Positions 1 to 8,839 of a stretch of DNA of 32,000 nt are shown piece after piece (position 1 is the first letter of the stretch; each line of letters starts with the position of its first letter). The notes under the pieces are model-generated. The model saw only the letters and a program-made list of their open reading frames with translations, was not told the DNA's origin and did no database searches. Source of the DNA: Candidatus Hadarchaeales archaeon (lineage in GTDB: Archaea > Hadarchaeota > Hadarchaeia > Hadarchaeales > Hadarchaeaceae); the NCBI GenBank assembly GCA_038823825.1, contig JAWBCC010000002.1, positions 218,630 to 250,629 of the forward strand. The letters are read 5' to 3'. Position numbers and translations under genes: made by a program.

Positions 1-2
1 TT

Positions 3-896
3 CTTGTTGCGAACACCTCAAACATGCCGGTCGCCGCTAGAGAGGCAAGCGTGTATACCGGAATAACGATAGCCGAATATTTCCGAGACATGGGCTACGA
101 TGTTGTTCTGATGGCAGACTCGACCTCACGATGGGCGGAGGCGATGAGGGAGATATCAGGTAGGCTTGAGGAAATGCCTGGAGAAGAGGGATATCCAGCT
201 TATCTGGCTTCCCGTCTTGCAGAATTCTACGAGAGAGCCGGACGCGTGATAACACTCTCCGATATAGAGGGCTCTGTCACGGTTCTCGGCGCGGTTTCCC
301 CGCCTGGTGGTGACTTCTCCGAGCCAGTCACCCAGAATACGCTCAGAATCGTAAAGGTTCTTTGGGCTCTGGACGCTTCTCTTGCCGACAGGAGGCACTT
401 CCCCGCTGTTCATTGGCTGAGGAGCTATTCTTTCTATGTTGACCAAGTGGCAGACTGGTGGAAGAAAAACTTCGGGGAGGATTGGAGAGTCATGAGAGAG
501 GAAGCAATGGCGCTTCTTCAGAAGGAGGCGGAACTCCAAGAGATCGTTAGGCTTGTTGGCCCGGACGCTCTGCCCGAACACGATAGAGCTCTTCTCGAGT
601 CTGCAAGAATGTTGAGGGAGGATTTCCTTCAACAATTCGCTTTTCACGAAGTAGACAGCTTCTGTATGCCGGAGAAGCAAATCGGAATGTTCAAAATAAT
701 TCTCATGTTCCATCGTTTGAGCCTTGATGCGGTTTCACGCGGAATTCCGTTGGAAAAAATATCATCTCTTCCCGTGCGTTTGAGAATCGCAGATATGAAG
801 AGGATACCGATTGACAAATGGGAGACAGAGTTCAGGAAGATTGAAAGAGAAGTTAAAGAGCAGTTCAACAGTCTGTTTGAGGGTGTGAAATCTTGA
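3..896 (+). CDS. atpA: A/V-type ATP synthase subunit A, C-terminal part (5' truncated by window edge)
   Basis: The frame is open upstream of the listed ATG and reads [68 protein letters not shown], typical of catalytic subunit A. The start lies before the window. Confidence 0.97.
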   Translation, partial: LVANTSNMPVAAREASVYTGITIAEYFRDMGYDVVLMADSTSRWAEAMREISGRLEEMPGEEGYPAYLASRLAEFYERAGRVITLSDIEGSVTVLGAVSPPGGDFSEPVTQNTLRIVKVLWALDASLADRRHFPAVHWLRSYSFYVDQVADWWKKNFGEDWRVMREEAMALLQKEAELQEIVRLVGPDALPEHDRALLESARMLREDFLQQFAFHEVDSFCMPEKQIGMFKIILMFHRLSLDAVSRGIPLEKISSLPVRLRIADMKRIPIDKWETEFRKIEREVKEQFNSLFEGVKS

Positions 897-2332
897 GAAG
901 CATTGAGTATGCAACCGTCAGGGAAGTTTCCGGTCCTCTGATAGTCGTAGAGGGAATCAAGGGCGCGGCTTACGGAGAAGTCGTTGAGATCGTAACGCCA
1001 TCTGGTGAGGTGAAACGCGGACAGGTTCTCGATTCATACAGTGACAGAGCAGTTGTTCAGGTTTACGAAGGAACCTCCGGAATAGACACGGTTAAAACGA
1101 GGGTGAGATTTACAGGGGAAACGATTAAACTCGGTGTGGGTCTCGAACTCTTGGGAAGAATCTTTAACGGAAGAGGAGACCCGATAGACGGTGGCCCGAG
1201 GCCAATCGCTGAGGATGTGTGGGATGTCTACGCTCCACCCATGAATCCGGCCTCACGCGAATATCCGAGCGAATTCATTCAAACCGGAATCTCCGCAATA
1301 GACGGGATGAACACTCTGGTCAGAGGACAAAAGTTGCCAATTTTTTCGGGTTCCGGTTTACCGCACAACCAACTTGCAGCGCAGATAGCCAGGCAGGCCA
1401 GAGTTTTGGGAGAGGAAGAGAGATTCGCCGTAGTTTTCTGCGGGATAGGGATCACTCATGAAGAGGCAGCCTTCTTCATCAAAGAGCTCCAAACTAGTCT
1501 CGAGAGATCTGTGGTTTTTCTGAATTTAGCGAATGATCCGGCGATTGAGCGTATTTTAACACCGAGACTTGCTTTGACCGCCGCAGAATATCTTGCTTTC
1601 AAGCAACAAATGCATGTTTTAGTGATTCTTACAAACATCACAAACTATTGTGAGGCTCTTCGTGAAATTTCCGCGGCAAGGCATGAGGTCCCTGGGAGAA
1701 GGGGGTATCCAGGGTATATGTACACAGACTTGGCGTCAATTTACGAAAGGGCAGGAAGGATAAGAGGAAGAAAAGGTTCTGTGACCCAGCTCCCCATCCT
1801 CACGATGCCTGGTGATGACATAACCCATCCAATCCCAGATCTGACTGGATACATCACGGAGGGCCAAATAGTTTTTGACAGAGAACTTCACCATAAAGGG
1901 ATATACCCCCCAATAAACGTTCTTCCCTCTCTTTCGAGGTTGATGAAGGATGGAATTGGTAAGGGTAAAACAAGAGAAGATCACGCAGATCTCTCAAGTC
2001 AGCTATACGCGGCCTACGCGGAAGGAAGAGACATAAGATCTTTCGTGGCAATTGTCGGGGAGGAAGCCTTGACGGACAGAGATAGAAAATATCTTCAGTT
2101 TGCGGATAACTTCGAGAGGAAATTCGTTAATCAGGGAGTTTATGAGAACAGACCGATCGAAGTGACTCTAGATCTCGGCTGGGAACTCCTTCGCCTATTG
2201 CCTGAGAGCGAACTCAAAAGGATAGACCCAGAACTCAGGAAGAAGTATCTTCACAGGTTTGAAGAAAGCGCTCAGAACTCAAGATCTTCATCATCTGGAT
2301 CAGACAAGCCAAGTTCCTCATCGCGCACTTAA
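893..2332 (+). CDS. atpB: A/V-type ATP synthase subunit B (TTG start, 4-nt overlap with atpA)
   Basis: [21 protein letters not shown]...[15 protein letters not shown]...[19 protein letters not shown]...[19 protein letters not shown]. Unusual Ser-rich C-terminus [18 protein letters not shown]. Confidence 0.97.
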   Translation: MRSIEYATVREVSGPLIVVEGIKGAAYGEVVEIVTPSGEVKRGQVLDSYSDRAVVQVYEGTSGIDTVKTRVRFTGETIKLGVGLELLGRIFNGRGDPIDGGPRPIAEDVWDVYAPPMNPASREYPSEFIQTGISAIDGMNTLVRGQKLPIFSGSGLPHNQLAAQIARQARVLGEEERFAVVFCGIGITHEEAAFFIKELQTSLERSVVFLNLANDPAIERILTPRLALTAAEYLAFKQQMHVLVILTNITNYCEALREISAARHEVPGRRGYPGYMYTDLASIYERAGRIRGRKGSVTQLPILTMPGDDITHPIPDLTGYITEGQIVFDRELHHKGIYPPINVLPSLSRLMKDGIGKGKTREDHADLSSQLYAAYAEGRDIRSFVAIVGEEALTDRDRKYLQFADNFERKFVNQGVYENRPIEVTLDLGWELLRLLPESELKRIDPELRKKYLHRFEESAQNSRSSSSGSDKPSSSSRT

Positions 2333-2359
2333 ATTTCGATTTTCCAGATTTTATCCCTT

Positions 2360-3469
2360 TCATTCGATGTTTTCGATCAGTTTGGCAACACGTTCAAGAG
2401 AACTCGCATATCTCTTTCTGTGCTCCTTCAGAAAGTCGAGGAGGAGTTCTATAGCCATCTGCTTGCATTCCCCGCAGATCATTTTCCCGTTCATGCACAT
2501 CTCTCTGATTTCAAGAAGTTTCTCATCGCTGGGTATCAAGTGATAGAAATATAGATCGAAAACTCTACATATGTCCGGATTTCCTCCTTTTTCTCTTTGT
2601 TCTCTGGCCGTTGGCTTTCCACCGGTGAACGCATTCATGATCTTTCTCCTCACGGTTTCGTCGTCGTCTGTGAGAAACACAGCGCTTTCTGGTTTACTGC
2701 TTGACATTTTCTCCTCGATCAGCCCCGGCAAGAGTTTGTGATAGGTTGCTGATGGAGGAATGAATCCAAAATCTCTCTGGAATCTATTTGCTATATCTCT
2801 CGCCAGTCTTATGTGTGGGTCTTGATCGATTCCGACCGGAATGACCGTCGGTATCGGTCCGCAGAATTCGGGTAGTTGGGGGTGAAGGATGTCCGCCACG
2901 TCGATGATCGGATAGTATATCGAGGAAAGGCTGGATTCTCCGGAAAATCCGTAGATCGCCCTTAACTCGCTGAAGTTGACTTTTTTGGAGAGGAGGAAGG
3001 CGAGTTTCTTGACATGCTCATCCGTTGACTGAAAGTAAACGCGGCATCTCGAGAGATCAAGTCCTAAAGCATCGTAGTTGGCCAGATATTCTTCGATCGC
3101 TATTTTTCTAGCTTCCTCAAGCGATAGATCTCTCGCAGAATATGCCTCTAAATCGGCGACACAGAGAAATATCTTTGAACCTTTTATCTTCGAGTACCAG
3201 ATGAGCTGATCTATCACCATTTTGTGGCCGAGGTGCATCTTTCCGCTCGGCATCAGACCCGTCATGACCGCGAACTCTTCTCCGCGTAAGATTTTTTCCA
3301 AAATTCTTCGAAAATCTCTGTGGCCGAAAATTATCTTTCTCCTCATTATAGTCATTGGGTTTGGGATATCTGGAAGGAGTTCCTCAAATGGGGATATTCC
3401 AAACTCCTCCATTAGCCTCGCATAGTTCTCCGGAAGTGTGGCCTGCCAAGGATCGATTCTGACCGGCAT
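2360..3469 (-). CDS. trpS: Tryptophanyl-tRNA synthetase, archaeal type
   Basis: Class I aaRS motifs GLMPSGKMHLGHKM (HIGH-like) and EEKMSSSKPESAVFLTDD (KMSKS-like), with overall archaeal TrpRS arrangement. Confidence 0.93.
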   Translation of the reverse strand: MPVRIDPWQATLPENYARLMEEFGISPFEELLPDIPNPMTIMRRKIIFGHRDFRRILEKILRGEEFAVMTGLMPSGKMHLGHKMVIDQLIWYSKIKGSKIFLCVADLEAYSARDLSLEEARKIAIEEYLANYDALGLDLSRCRVYFQSTDEHVKKLAFLLSKKVNFSELRAIYGFSGESSLSSIYYPIIDVADILHPQLPEFCGPIPTVIPVGIDQDPHIRLARDIANRFQRDFGFIPPSATYHKLLPGLIEEKMSSSKPESAVFLTDDDETVRRKIMNAFTGGKPTAREQREKGGNPDICRVFDLYFYHLIPSDEKLLEIREMCMNGKMICGECKQMAIELLLDFLKEHRKRYASSLERVAKLIENIE

Positions 3470-3997
3470 TCAGAGCCGCTCCCTGTTTAACGAATAGTAT
3501 GTTACGTCTCCCTCATCATCGACGATGGCATATAATATTTTTTTACGCACGCTTTGCGCCACTCTGACGTCGCCAGAGATATCGCTTACACTAAACCTGG
3601 CGTGCTCCGGGACTACTCTCACCAAGAATTTCGAGTGAGATTCCGGCGGTTTTTCTCCTTTCTCATAAACTCTGAAGTGTGCTCCAAACTTTAAGCCTGT
3701 TCTTACTATGTATCCTCTGCCGCGCAAGTCTGAGTATGCCGCGTACTTAAGTGGAAGTAGTTTGTCTTTTTTCGAAAATTTAGCCATCAGCTGATTGAAA
3801 TCTAACTTCTCTCCGCGTTCGTAAACTTCGAGCTTTCCCTTCTCAACGAGGAATAGGGTTTCAACAGGCGCGAGCTGTAATTTTCCATCTCCAAGAAGTT
3901 TTCCGAAGAATCCCTTCTGATATATCCTGTTTGCCGCGAGGTTATCCGCAACGATCACGCGGTCGCCACAAAGTTCTCCTTTCGCGATTTCCTCCAT
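3470..3997 (-). CDS. endA: tRNA-intron (splicing) endonuclease, 175-aa homotetramer-size type
   Basis: C-terminal catalytic region YSDLRGRGYIVRTGLKFGAHFRVYEKGEKPPESHSKFLVRVVPE...VRVAQSVRKKILYAIVDDEGDVTYYSL, with Tyr/His/Lys triad context. Confidence 0.93.
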   Translation of the reverse strand: MEEIAKGELCGDRVIVADNLAANRIYQKGFFGKLLGDGKLQLAPVETLFLVEKGKLEVYERGEKLDFNQLMAKFSKKDKLLPLKYAAYSDLRGRGYIVRTGLKFGAHFRVYEKGEKPPESHSKFLVRVVPEHARFSVSDISGDVRVAQSVRKKILYAIVDDEGDVTYYSLNRERL

Positions 3998-4000
3998 TTT

Positions 4001-5506
4001 TCATCCCTGAGCGGTTTCCTTTTGTTTGCTCGTCTCGCTCTTTAACGAATTCCAGTAGTACAGATTATATACGCATCCCGGATCGGGCCCGCTAACGTCT
4101 CCGTAATATCCGTACGCTCTTGCCCGACATCCACCGCAGACAAACCTATACTCGCAGTTTCCACATCCTAAAAGGGCATTTCTATTCCTGAGTTTCCACA
4201 AGACTTCGGATTTTTCCCAAATCTCCTTCAAATCGTCAGTTTTTATGTTTCCAAGCTTGATTGGCATGAAAACACAAGGGGTAATATCTCCGTTCGGCTC
4301 TAGCCCGCAGTAAAGTCTCCCTGCTCCACATCCTCCGAGGAAGTCTGCGAGGCTTTCGGTTTTTCCGCGCAGAGCTTGTAAGAGTCCTTCTGATGTGAAG
4401 TGGGTTGCGACGATCCCTCCATATGCTGAAACAACATTTCCGTAGAGTCCGCAAGCAAATTTTAGAGAGACGACGGAGTACTGTGGTGCGGTTGAGTAGC
4501 AAATGAGTCCACCATTGCTGTTTATCATCTTCAGGTAGAGGAACTTTAGGAGTTCTTCCCTTTCTTCCGGTTCGAGGTCCTGCTCCACGATTTCTTTTCC
4601 TCTGCCAACCGGGACATAGTTAAATATTATCACCCTTTTCACGCCCAGCTCCTTTTCTGCGAAATCAACGAGCTGGGGGATCTCCCGATAGTTCATTTTC
4701 GTTGCCGTGATAGCTACGCAGGTGTCAATGCCCTCCGCCACACAATTTTTTATACCCTCGCATGTCTTCCTCCAAACGCCTGGAATTCCGCGGAACTCGT
4801 CGTGGGTCTTCTCTATCCCATCAAGCGAAATCTCCACGTAGTCAAAGATTTCTTTGACTTTTTTTGCAACGTCCGGCGTTATCAGAGTTCCGTTCGTTGC
4901 CATAGAGACGAAAAATCCCTTTTCCTTCGCGTAGCCAGCTACCTCCCAGATATCCTTGCGAACGAGTGGTTCTCCACCGGAAAATGCTATGGCAACGACT
5001 CCGGCTTCCTCAAACTGATCGATCACTCGTTTTGCTTCCTCTGTCGTCAGCTCATCGCTCGCTTGACCTCCTCCCGCGTTCTCATAGCAGTGCTTACACC
5101 AGAGGTTACAGGCGCGCGTGTAGTTCCAAACGACAAGAAACGGGGAAGCAGATGTGAAGGGGCGCTCTGCTCCAAATTTCGCTATTCCCTCGAGAACGTT
5201 CACCATCCCCCGTCTTATCACGGGGTCTCTGAGATGTTTTTTGAGCTCTTCCTCCGGATATCCGAAAGCTGTGGCTCCTCTCTTTATGACGGTTTTTACA
5301 ACAATCGATGCCAGCCTGTCGCGGATGTCTGCGTCTGTTTTCTCACCAATGTATGCTCTGATAGCCTTGTCCAGCCTACTACCACCTTTTCTACTTTTGC
5401 CGCAAACGAATCGTAGGGCAAATCTGGAAAGGGGATTGTTTAACCACCTCTGGACGGATTGGACGATTACTTCTTCCCTTCCAACTTGCGATTCCACGGA
5501 TCCCAT
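4001..5506 (-). CDS. Radical SAM protein with C-terminal SPASM-type cysteine region
   Basis: CNLWCKHCYENAG (CxxxCxxC), FSGGEPLVRKD, SLDG, then C-terminal GCGAGRLYCGLEPNGDITPCVF and LLGCGNCEYRFVCGGCRARAYG. Confidence 0.9.
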   Translation of the reverse strand: MGSVESQVGREEVIVQSVQRWLNNPLSRFALRFVCGKSRKGGSRLDKAIRAYIGEKTDADIRDRLASIVVKTVIKRGATAFGYPEEELKKHLRDPVIRRGMVNVLEGIAKFGAERPFTSASPFLVVWNYTRACNLWCKHCYENAGGGQASDELTTEEAKRVIDQFEEAGVVAIAFSGGEPLVRKDIWEVAGYAKEKGFFVSMATNGTLITPDVAKKVKEIFDYVEISLDGIEKTHDEFRGIPGVWRKTCEGIKNCVAEGIDTCVAITATKMNYREIPQLVDFAEKELGVKRVIIFNYVPVGRGKEIVEQDLEPEEREELLKFLYLKMINSNGGLICYSTAPQYSVVSLKFACGLYGNVVSAYGGIVATHFTSEGLLQALRGKTESLADFLGGCGAGRLYCGLEPNGDITPCVFMPIKLGNIKTDDLKEIWEKSEVLWKLRNRNALLGCGNCEYRFVCGGCRARAYGYYGDVSGPDPGCVYNLYYWNSLKSETSKQKETAQG

Positions 5507-5725
5507 CGTTTGACTTTTCTCCGGCAGCTATATAAGCCCGTTCGTGTTTAATTATTATTGGGGCGGTCACGCTAATAGAGCGGCGAGCCGAGACGATGAG
5601 GAGAATTTAAAAGCCGAGACTCTTTTGCTTGTCGAGGAAGAGTCACCTCCAGCCGAGTCGGTGTGGCCCGTCGCTCAAATCATATTAGCTTTTTATTTTA
5701 GATTTTCTGCGGAGAAAAATATGGG

Positions 5726-5848
5726 GTGAGGAGGGTGCCGAAGTGCTCTGCTTGCGGGAAAAACGTGAAGGATCCGGAGAAAATAACAACTTGCTCTGGA
5801 TGCGGAAAAAGGCTTTGCATATCCTGTTTTTCCAAACACAAATGTTGA
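5726..5848 (+). CDS. Putative 40-aa cysteine-rich zinc-binding microprotein (GTG start); not in the ORF track
   Basis: Manual translation: MRRVPKCSACGKNVKDPEKITTCSGCGKRLCISCFSKHKC*. Three CxxC motifs plus a terminal HxC. Confidence 0.55.
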   Translation: MRRVPKCSACGKNVKDPEKITTCSGCGKRLCISCFSKHKC

Positions 5849-6000
5849 AAGCCACAGATGTCGCTTATGGGCAAAAATTATCAGAATAGGTCAGGAAATA
5901 TTCTAGTTTTTCTTTCTTTTTTGGTTTATTGAGAAAATCTTTTTAAGTTTCGCGAAAATAAAATAATTTTGGCGTGATGGCGTGAAAGCGGTAATGTGGG

Positions 6001-6396
6001 GTGGTGGGCATGGGGCTCCACATTATCGCCGAATTCTTAGGGGTGAAAGAGGAGAAAATTGCAACAATAAAGCAATTGAAGCCGATAGTAGAGAGAGTAG
6101 TGAAGAAAAGCGGTTTAAACGTGGTTTCTTCGGCATATCATCAGTTTAAGCCGTATGGAGTCACCTGCGTTTATCTTTTGATGGAATCGCATCTGGCGAT
6201 TCACACTTGGCCAGAAGTTTGCTACATGGCTGTGGATATCTTTACATGTGGGAAAAATCGGAAAGCAAAGGAGACGCTCGAGTTGTTGAGAAAGGAGTTT
6301 TCTCCGAAAAAGGTGAAGATGAAGATCATAGGGAGGCTTGAGTATGAGAAGCTACTCGAGAGAAAAGAAAATTCTGCGAGAGCTGGCGGGAGGTAA
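6001..6396 (+). CDS. speH: S-adenosylmethionine decarboxylase proenzyme (pyruvoyl enzyme); start may be GTG 6001/6004 or ATG 6010
   Basis: MGLHIIAEFLG...LLMESHLAIHTWPEVCYMAVDIFTCG, the self-cleavage ESHLxxHTWPE signature and catalytic Cys. Confidence 0.95.
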   Translation: MVGMGLHIIAEFLGVKEEKIATIKQLKPIVERVVKKSGLNVVSSAYHQFKPYGVTCVYLLMESHLAIHTWPEVCYMAVDIFTCGKNRKAKETLELLRKEFSPKKVKMKIIGRLEYEKLLERKENSARAGGR

Positions 6397-7360
6397 GAAG
6401 ACTCTTTGGGAGCTTCTCGCGTCGTATCATTGGACTCTGCGAGACTTCATCTCTGATATAAACAGACTCTATGACGAGGGGAAGATCTCGACGGATGGGA
6501 AGTATATATATCTCAAGGAAAAAATTGGGGCAGATGGTTTTAGCTCGATTGTGTGCCCGAAATGTGATGGAAGACGTGTTCTTCCAAAAAATCATGTTTT
6601 TATAGAGAAAAGATTTAAACGGTTGCTCAGGGATAGGCCTAAACCGGAGGTCAAGTTTTTCCAAGGATATATGCGCCCCGAGGATGTTCTAGCCCGAATT
6701 GCTTTGATGGATATGTATGGTGACGTGGAGGGAAAGTCAATAATCCTGATCGGAGATGACGACCTTGTGAGCTTGGCCCTGGCCCTGACGGGACTCCCAG
6801 AGAGAATCGTTGTGTTGGATATTGATGAGAGATTGGGAGAATTCATGCGGAAGGCTTTGCGTGAGGATGGGGTAAAGTCGGTGGAGTTTATACATCATGA
6901 TGTCGCGGAGCCTCTTCCAAAAGATTTGAGACGGAAGTTCGATGTTTTTGTCACAGACCCGCTCGAGACGGTTTCTGGGCTCAAGGCTTTCCTATGCAGA
7001 GCCGCTTGTGCTCTCAAACCTACGGATTCAGCCGGATATTTCGGTTTGACAACGCTCGAGGCTTCGCCAAAAAAATGGCTTTGGGTTCAGGGACTTCTCT
7101 ACAGAATGAATCTTGCGATCACAGATGCCGTGAGGGAGCACTCGAGCTATCCTACCCAAGATTACCACATAGGTTTTCCGTACGAGGAGCCAATTCTGAA
7201 GAAGTTGAAGTTTAAGTATGAGCTTCCGCCGGATGTCTCTTGGTATAAATCGACATTTTTCAGGGCTGAGGCTGTCGGAAAAGTTAGACCGATTCATTGT
7301 TCGAAGCACATCCGCGTGAGGGTTTGGGACGAGGATGACATAACCTGGCCGAATCGTTAG
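6338..7360 (+). CDS. bpsA: N4-bis(aminopropyl)spermidine synthase (branched polyamine synthase); exact start uncertain
   Basis: N-terminal wHTH-like region, CPKCDGR..., KFFQGYMRPEDVLARIALM, SIILIGDDDLVSLALALTGLPERIVVLDIDERL, FDVFVTDPLETVSGLKAFL. Overlaps the speH end in another frame. Confidence 0.88.
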   Translation: MSMRSYSREKKILRELAGGKKTLWELLASYHWTLRDFISDINRLYDEGKISTDGKYIYLKEKIGADGFSSIVCPKCDGRRVLPKNHVFIEKRFKRLLRDRPKPEVKFFQGYMRPEDVLARIALMDMYGDVEGKSIILIGDDDLVSLALALTGLPERIVVLDIDERLGEFMRKALREDGVKSVEFIHHDVAEPLPKDLRRKFDVFVTDPLETVSGLKAFLCRAACALKPTDSAGYFGLTTLEASPKKWLWVQGLLYRMNLAITDAVREHSSYPTQDYHIGFPYEEPILKKLKFKYELPPDVSWYKSTFFRAEAVGKVRPIHCSKHIRVRVWDEDDITWPNR

Positions 7361-7492
7361 CAAGTTTCGTTTTTTGCTGGAGATAATTAGACGCAGGATG
7401 TGTTGGGAGATCCACCCTCTTTAACTCGCTTTGCCGAAACCATACCTCCAGAATACTCAAAAAGATGATAAAGGGGAATTCAATGCCGGCAG

Positions 7493-7623
7493 TGGTGGGG
7501 CCGCCAGGATTTGAACCCGGGTTTGCGGGTCTCACCGGCTCCAGTGGGTCATCATCTTTTCGTCAGCAGACCCACCTCATTCCACTGGAGCCCGCCGTGA
7601 TAACCAAGCTACACTACGGCCCC
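7493..7623 (-). tRNA. trnW: tRNA-Trp (anticodon CCA) with a 54-nt intron after position 37; CCA end genomically encoded
   Basis: Acceptor GGGGCCG/CGGCCCC, D arm GUGU-AGCUUGGUUA-UCAC, anticodon arm GCGGG-CUCCAGA-CCCGC after removing intron 7531..7584, T arm CCGGG-UUCAAAU-CCUGG, A73 then CCA. Spliced length is 74 nt + CCA. Confidence 0.93.
7531..7584 (-). ncRNA. tRNA-Trp intron with putative box C/D guide elements
   Basis: Minus-strand sequence UGGAAUGAGGUGGGUCUGCUGACGAAAAGAUGAUGACCCACUGGAGCCGGUGAG. D' CUGA, C' AUGAUGA, weak C AUGAGGU, weak D GUGA. Guide regions complement the anticodon loop and stem. Confidence 0.7.
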
Positions 7624-7651
7624 ACCATTCCTATACTCTGTCAGACACAAG

Positions 7652-7657
7652 TTTAAA
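7652..7657 (-). promoter_or_regulatory. Putative TATA box of the tRNA-Trp gene
   Basis: TTTAAA about 30 nt upstream of tRNA nt 1 (7623), overlapping the region just past the stop of the upstream gene. Confidence 0.5.
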
Positions 7658-7660
7658 ACT

Positions 7661-8839
7661 TTAAAGAGATGGTCCAAGCCAGAACAGAAATCCGAACAGG
7701 ATAAAGAGGACGGAAATTCCCAGAATTCTGAGTATGAGCGGTGGCTTCGGCACTGTTGGCACAAACAAATCTTCATCCGGTTCTCTTTCCTCTTCTGCCA
7801 CCGCCGCCACACCAGCCGTTGCAGGAGTCGCAACTTCACCGGCAGCTGCTCTTCCCCTCAGCCAGAGATAAACAATCCCTATTATCGACCACGGAACGCA
7901 AATAATGAGCAAAAGGTAAATCGGCAGTCCGAGCCTTAATATCGCAGGTACGGCATACGAAGAACTCACCAAAGCATTGTATTTGTTGAGATTCCAGAGG
8001 ATTATCGCCATACAAGAGTAAACTATGAGAGAATTCCAGAACGGATCGGAAGCAGAAACCAACTGAAGACCACCCAATCTCTTTTTCGTAAATGGCCAGA
8101 AGAGATTCCCACCCATATGGCCATAAGAATCAAAGATGATATGCCCAAGCCAACCCAAGAATGCGACGAGCCATGCTATCCAGTTTCTCAAAATAGCTCC
8201 GACCACAGCGGAAAGCAAAAGTCCGAGCGTTATGCTGTGACCGGCCCGTCTGTGGAAGGGAATGAAGATTATTTCGACGGATCCGTCCTCCCGCTTGAGA
8301 AATCCGAAAGAAGGTCCTCCAAAACCTTTTATCTCCGTCGGCTTTCCGTACGTTTCGATGATGTTTGGCTTGAATTTCGCGGAAGCGTAGGCCTTCTCCT
8401 CCGGAGGTTCTGTTCCGGGAATGGGAACGCCCGACGTTGTCACATGCGGTCCAACCCTAACCTCAACTTTCTTCTCCTTGGCGTTGAAGAAAACAGAGTA
8501 CTGTCTCCAGAGATCTGGTCCAAGTCTGATCGTGTGAAGTTTTATTTTATACATTTTGCCAGGTTTCATTTCCGCAGCCTTGTTTATCCCCTCCGCAACC
8601 TTTTCCGCGATTTCTTTCGGGTCGATCTTATCCGGATGAGGATCTATCACCGTGTCGTGTTCCTCCATGTAAATGAGAAATTTGAAATCGATCGTATCCG
8701 GGAGAAGTCCAAATATCCCACCAAGCAAAATTATGAGGGAGTCCTCAGCAGCTGCTCCGAAAACTAGACTCTTGAAGAACGTGGCGATCGTAAGTCCAAC
8801 TATGAAGTGGGTTAAGCCGCGCATCTCAGTATCCCCCAA
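7661..8839 (-). CDS. Multi-TM protein resembling the DUF457/YdjM-like metal-dependent hydrolase family
   Basis: MRGLTHFIVGLTIATF...GGIFGLLPDTIDFKF...HRRAGHSITLGLLLSAVVGA...FLGWLGHIIFDSYGHMGG. His/Asp motifs within membrane segments. Confidence 0.75.
   Translation of the reverse strand: MGDTEMRGLTHFIVGLTIATFFKSLVFGAAAEDSLIILLGGIFGLLPDTIDFKFLIYMEEHDTVIDPHPDKIDPKEIAEKVAEGINKAAEMKPGKMYKIKLHTIRLGPDLWRQYSVFFNAKEKKVEVRVGPHVTTSGVPIPGTEPPEEKAYASAKFKPNIIETYGKPTEIKGFGGPSFGFLKREDGSVEIIFIPFHRRAGHSITLGLLLSAVVGAILRNWIAWLVAFLGWLGHIIFDSYGHMGGNLFWPFTKKRLGGLQLVSASDPFWNSLIVYSCMAIILWNLNKYNALVSSSYAVPAILRLGLPIYLLLIICVPWSIIGIVYLWLRGRAAAGEVATPATAGVAAVAEEEREPDEDLFVPTVPKPPLILRILGISVLFILFGFLFWLGPSL

Noticed and set aside
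4802-5416. 204-aa plus-strand ORF opposite the radical SAM gene
   Set aside because: It is fully antisense to a strongly supported CDS with no domain-like motifs.
5544-5729. 61-aa plus-strand ORF before the Cys-rich micro-ORF
   Set aside because: No recognisable motifs or initiation context; its C-terminal codons overlap the better-supported Cys-rich frame.
7465-7656. Plus-strand ORF MIKGNSMPAVVGPPGFEPGFAGLTG...
   Set aside because: This is the antisense readthrough of the tRNA-Trp gene; GPPGFEPG is a familiar translation artefact of tRNA T-arms.
8117-8767. 216-aa plus-strand ORF opposite the DUF457-like gene
   Set aside because: Antisense shadow ORF; composition and lack of motifs do not support coding.
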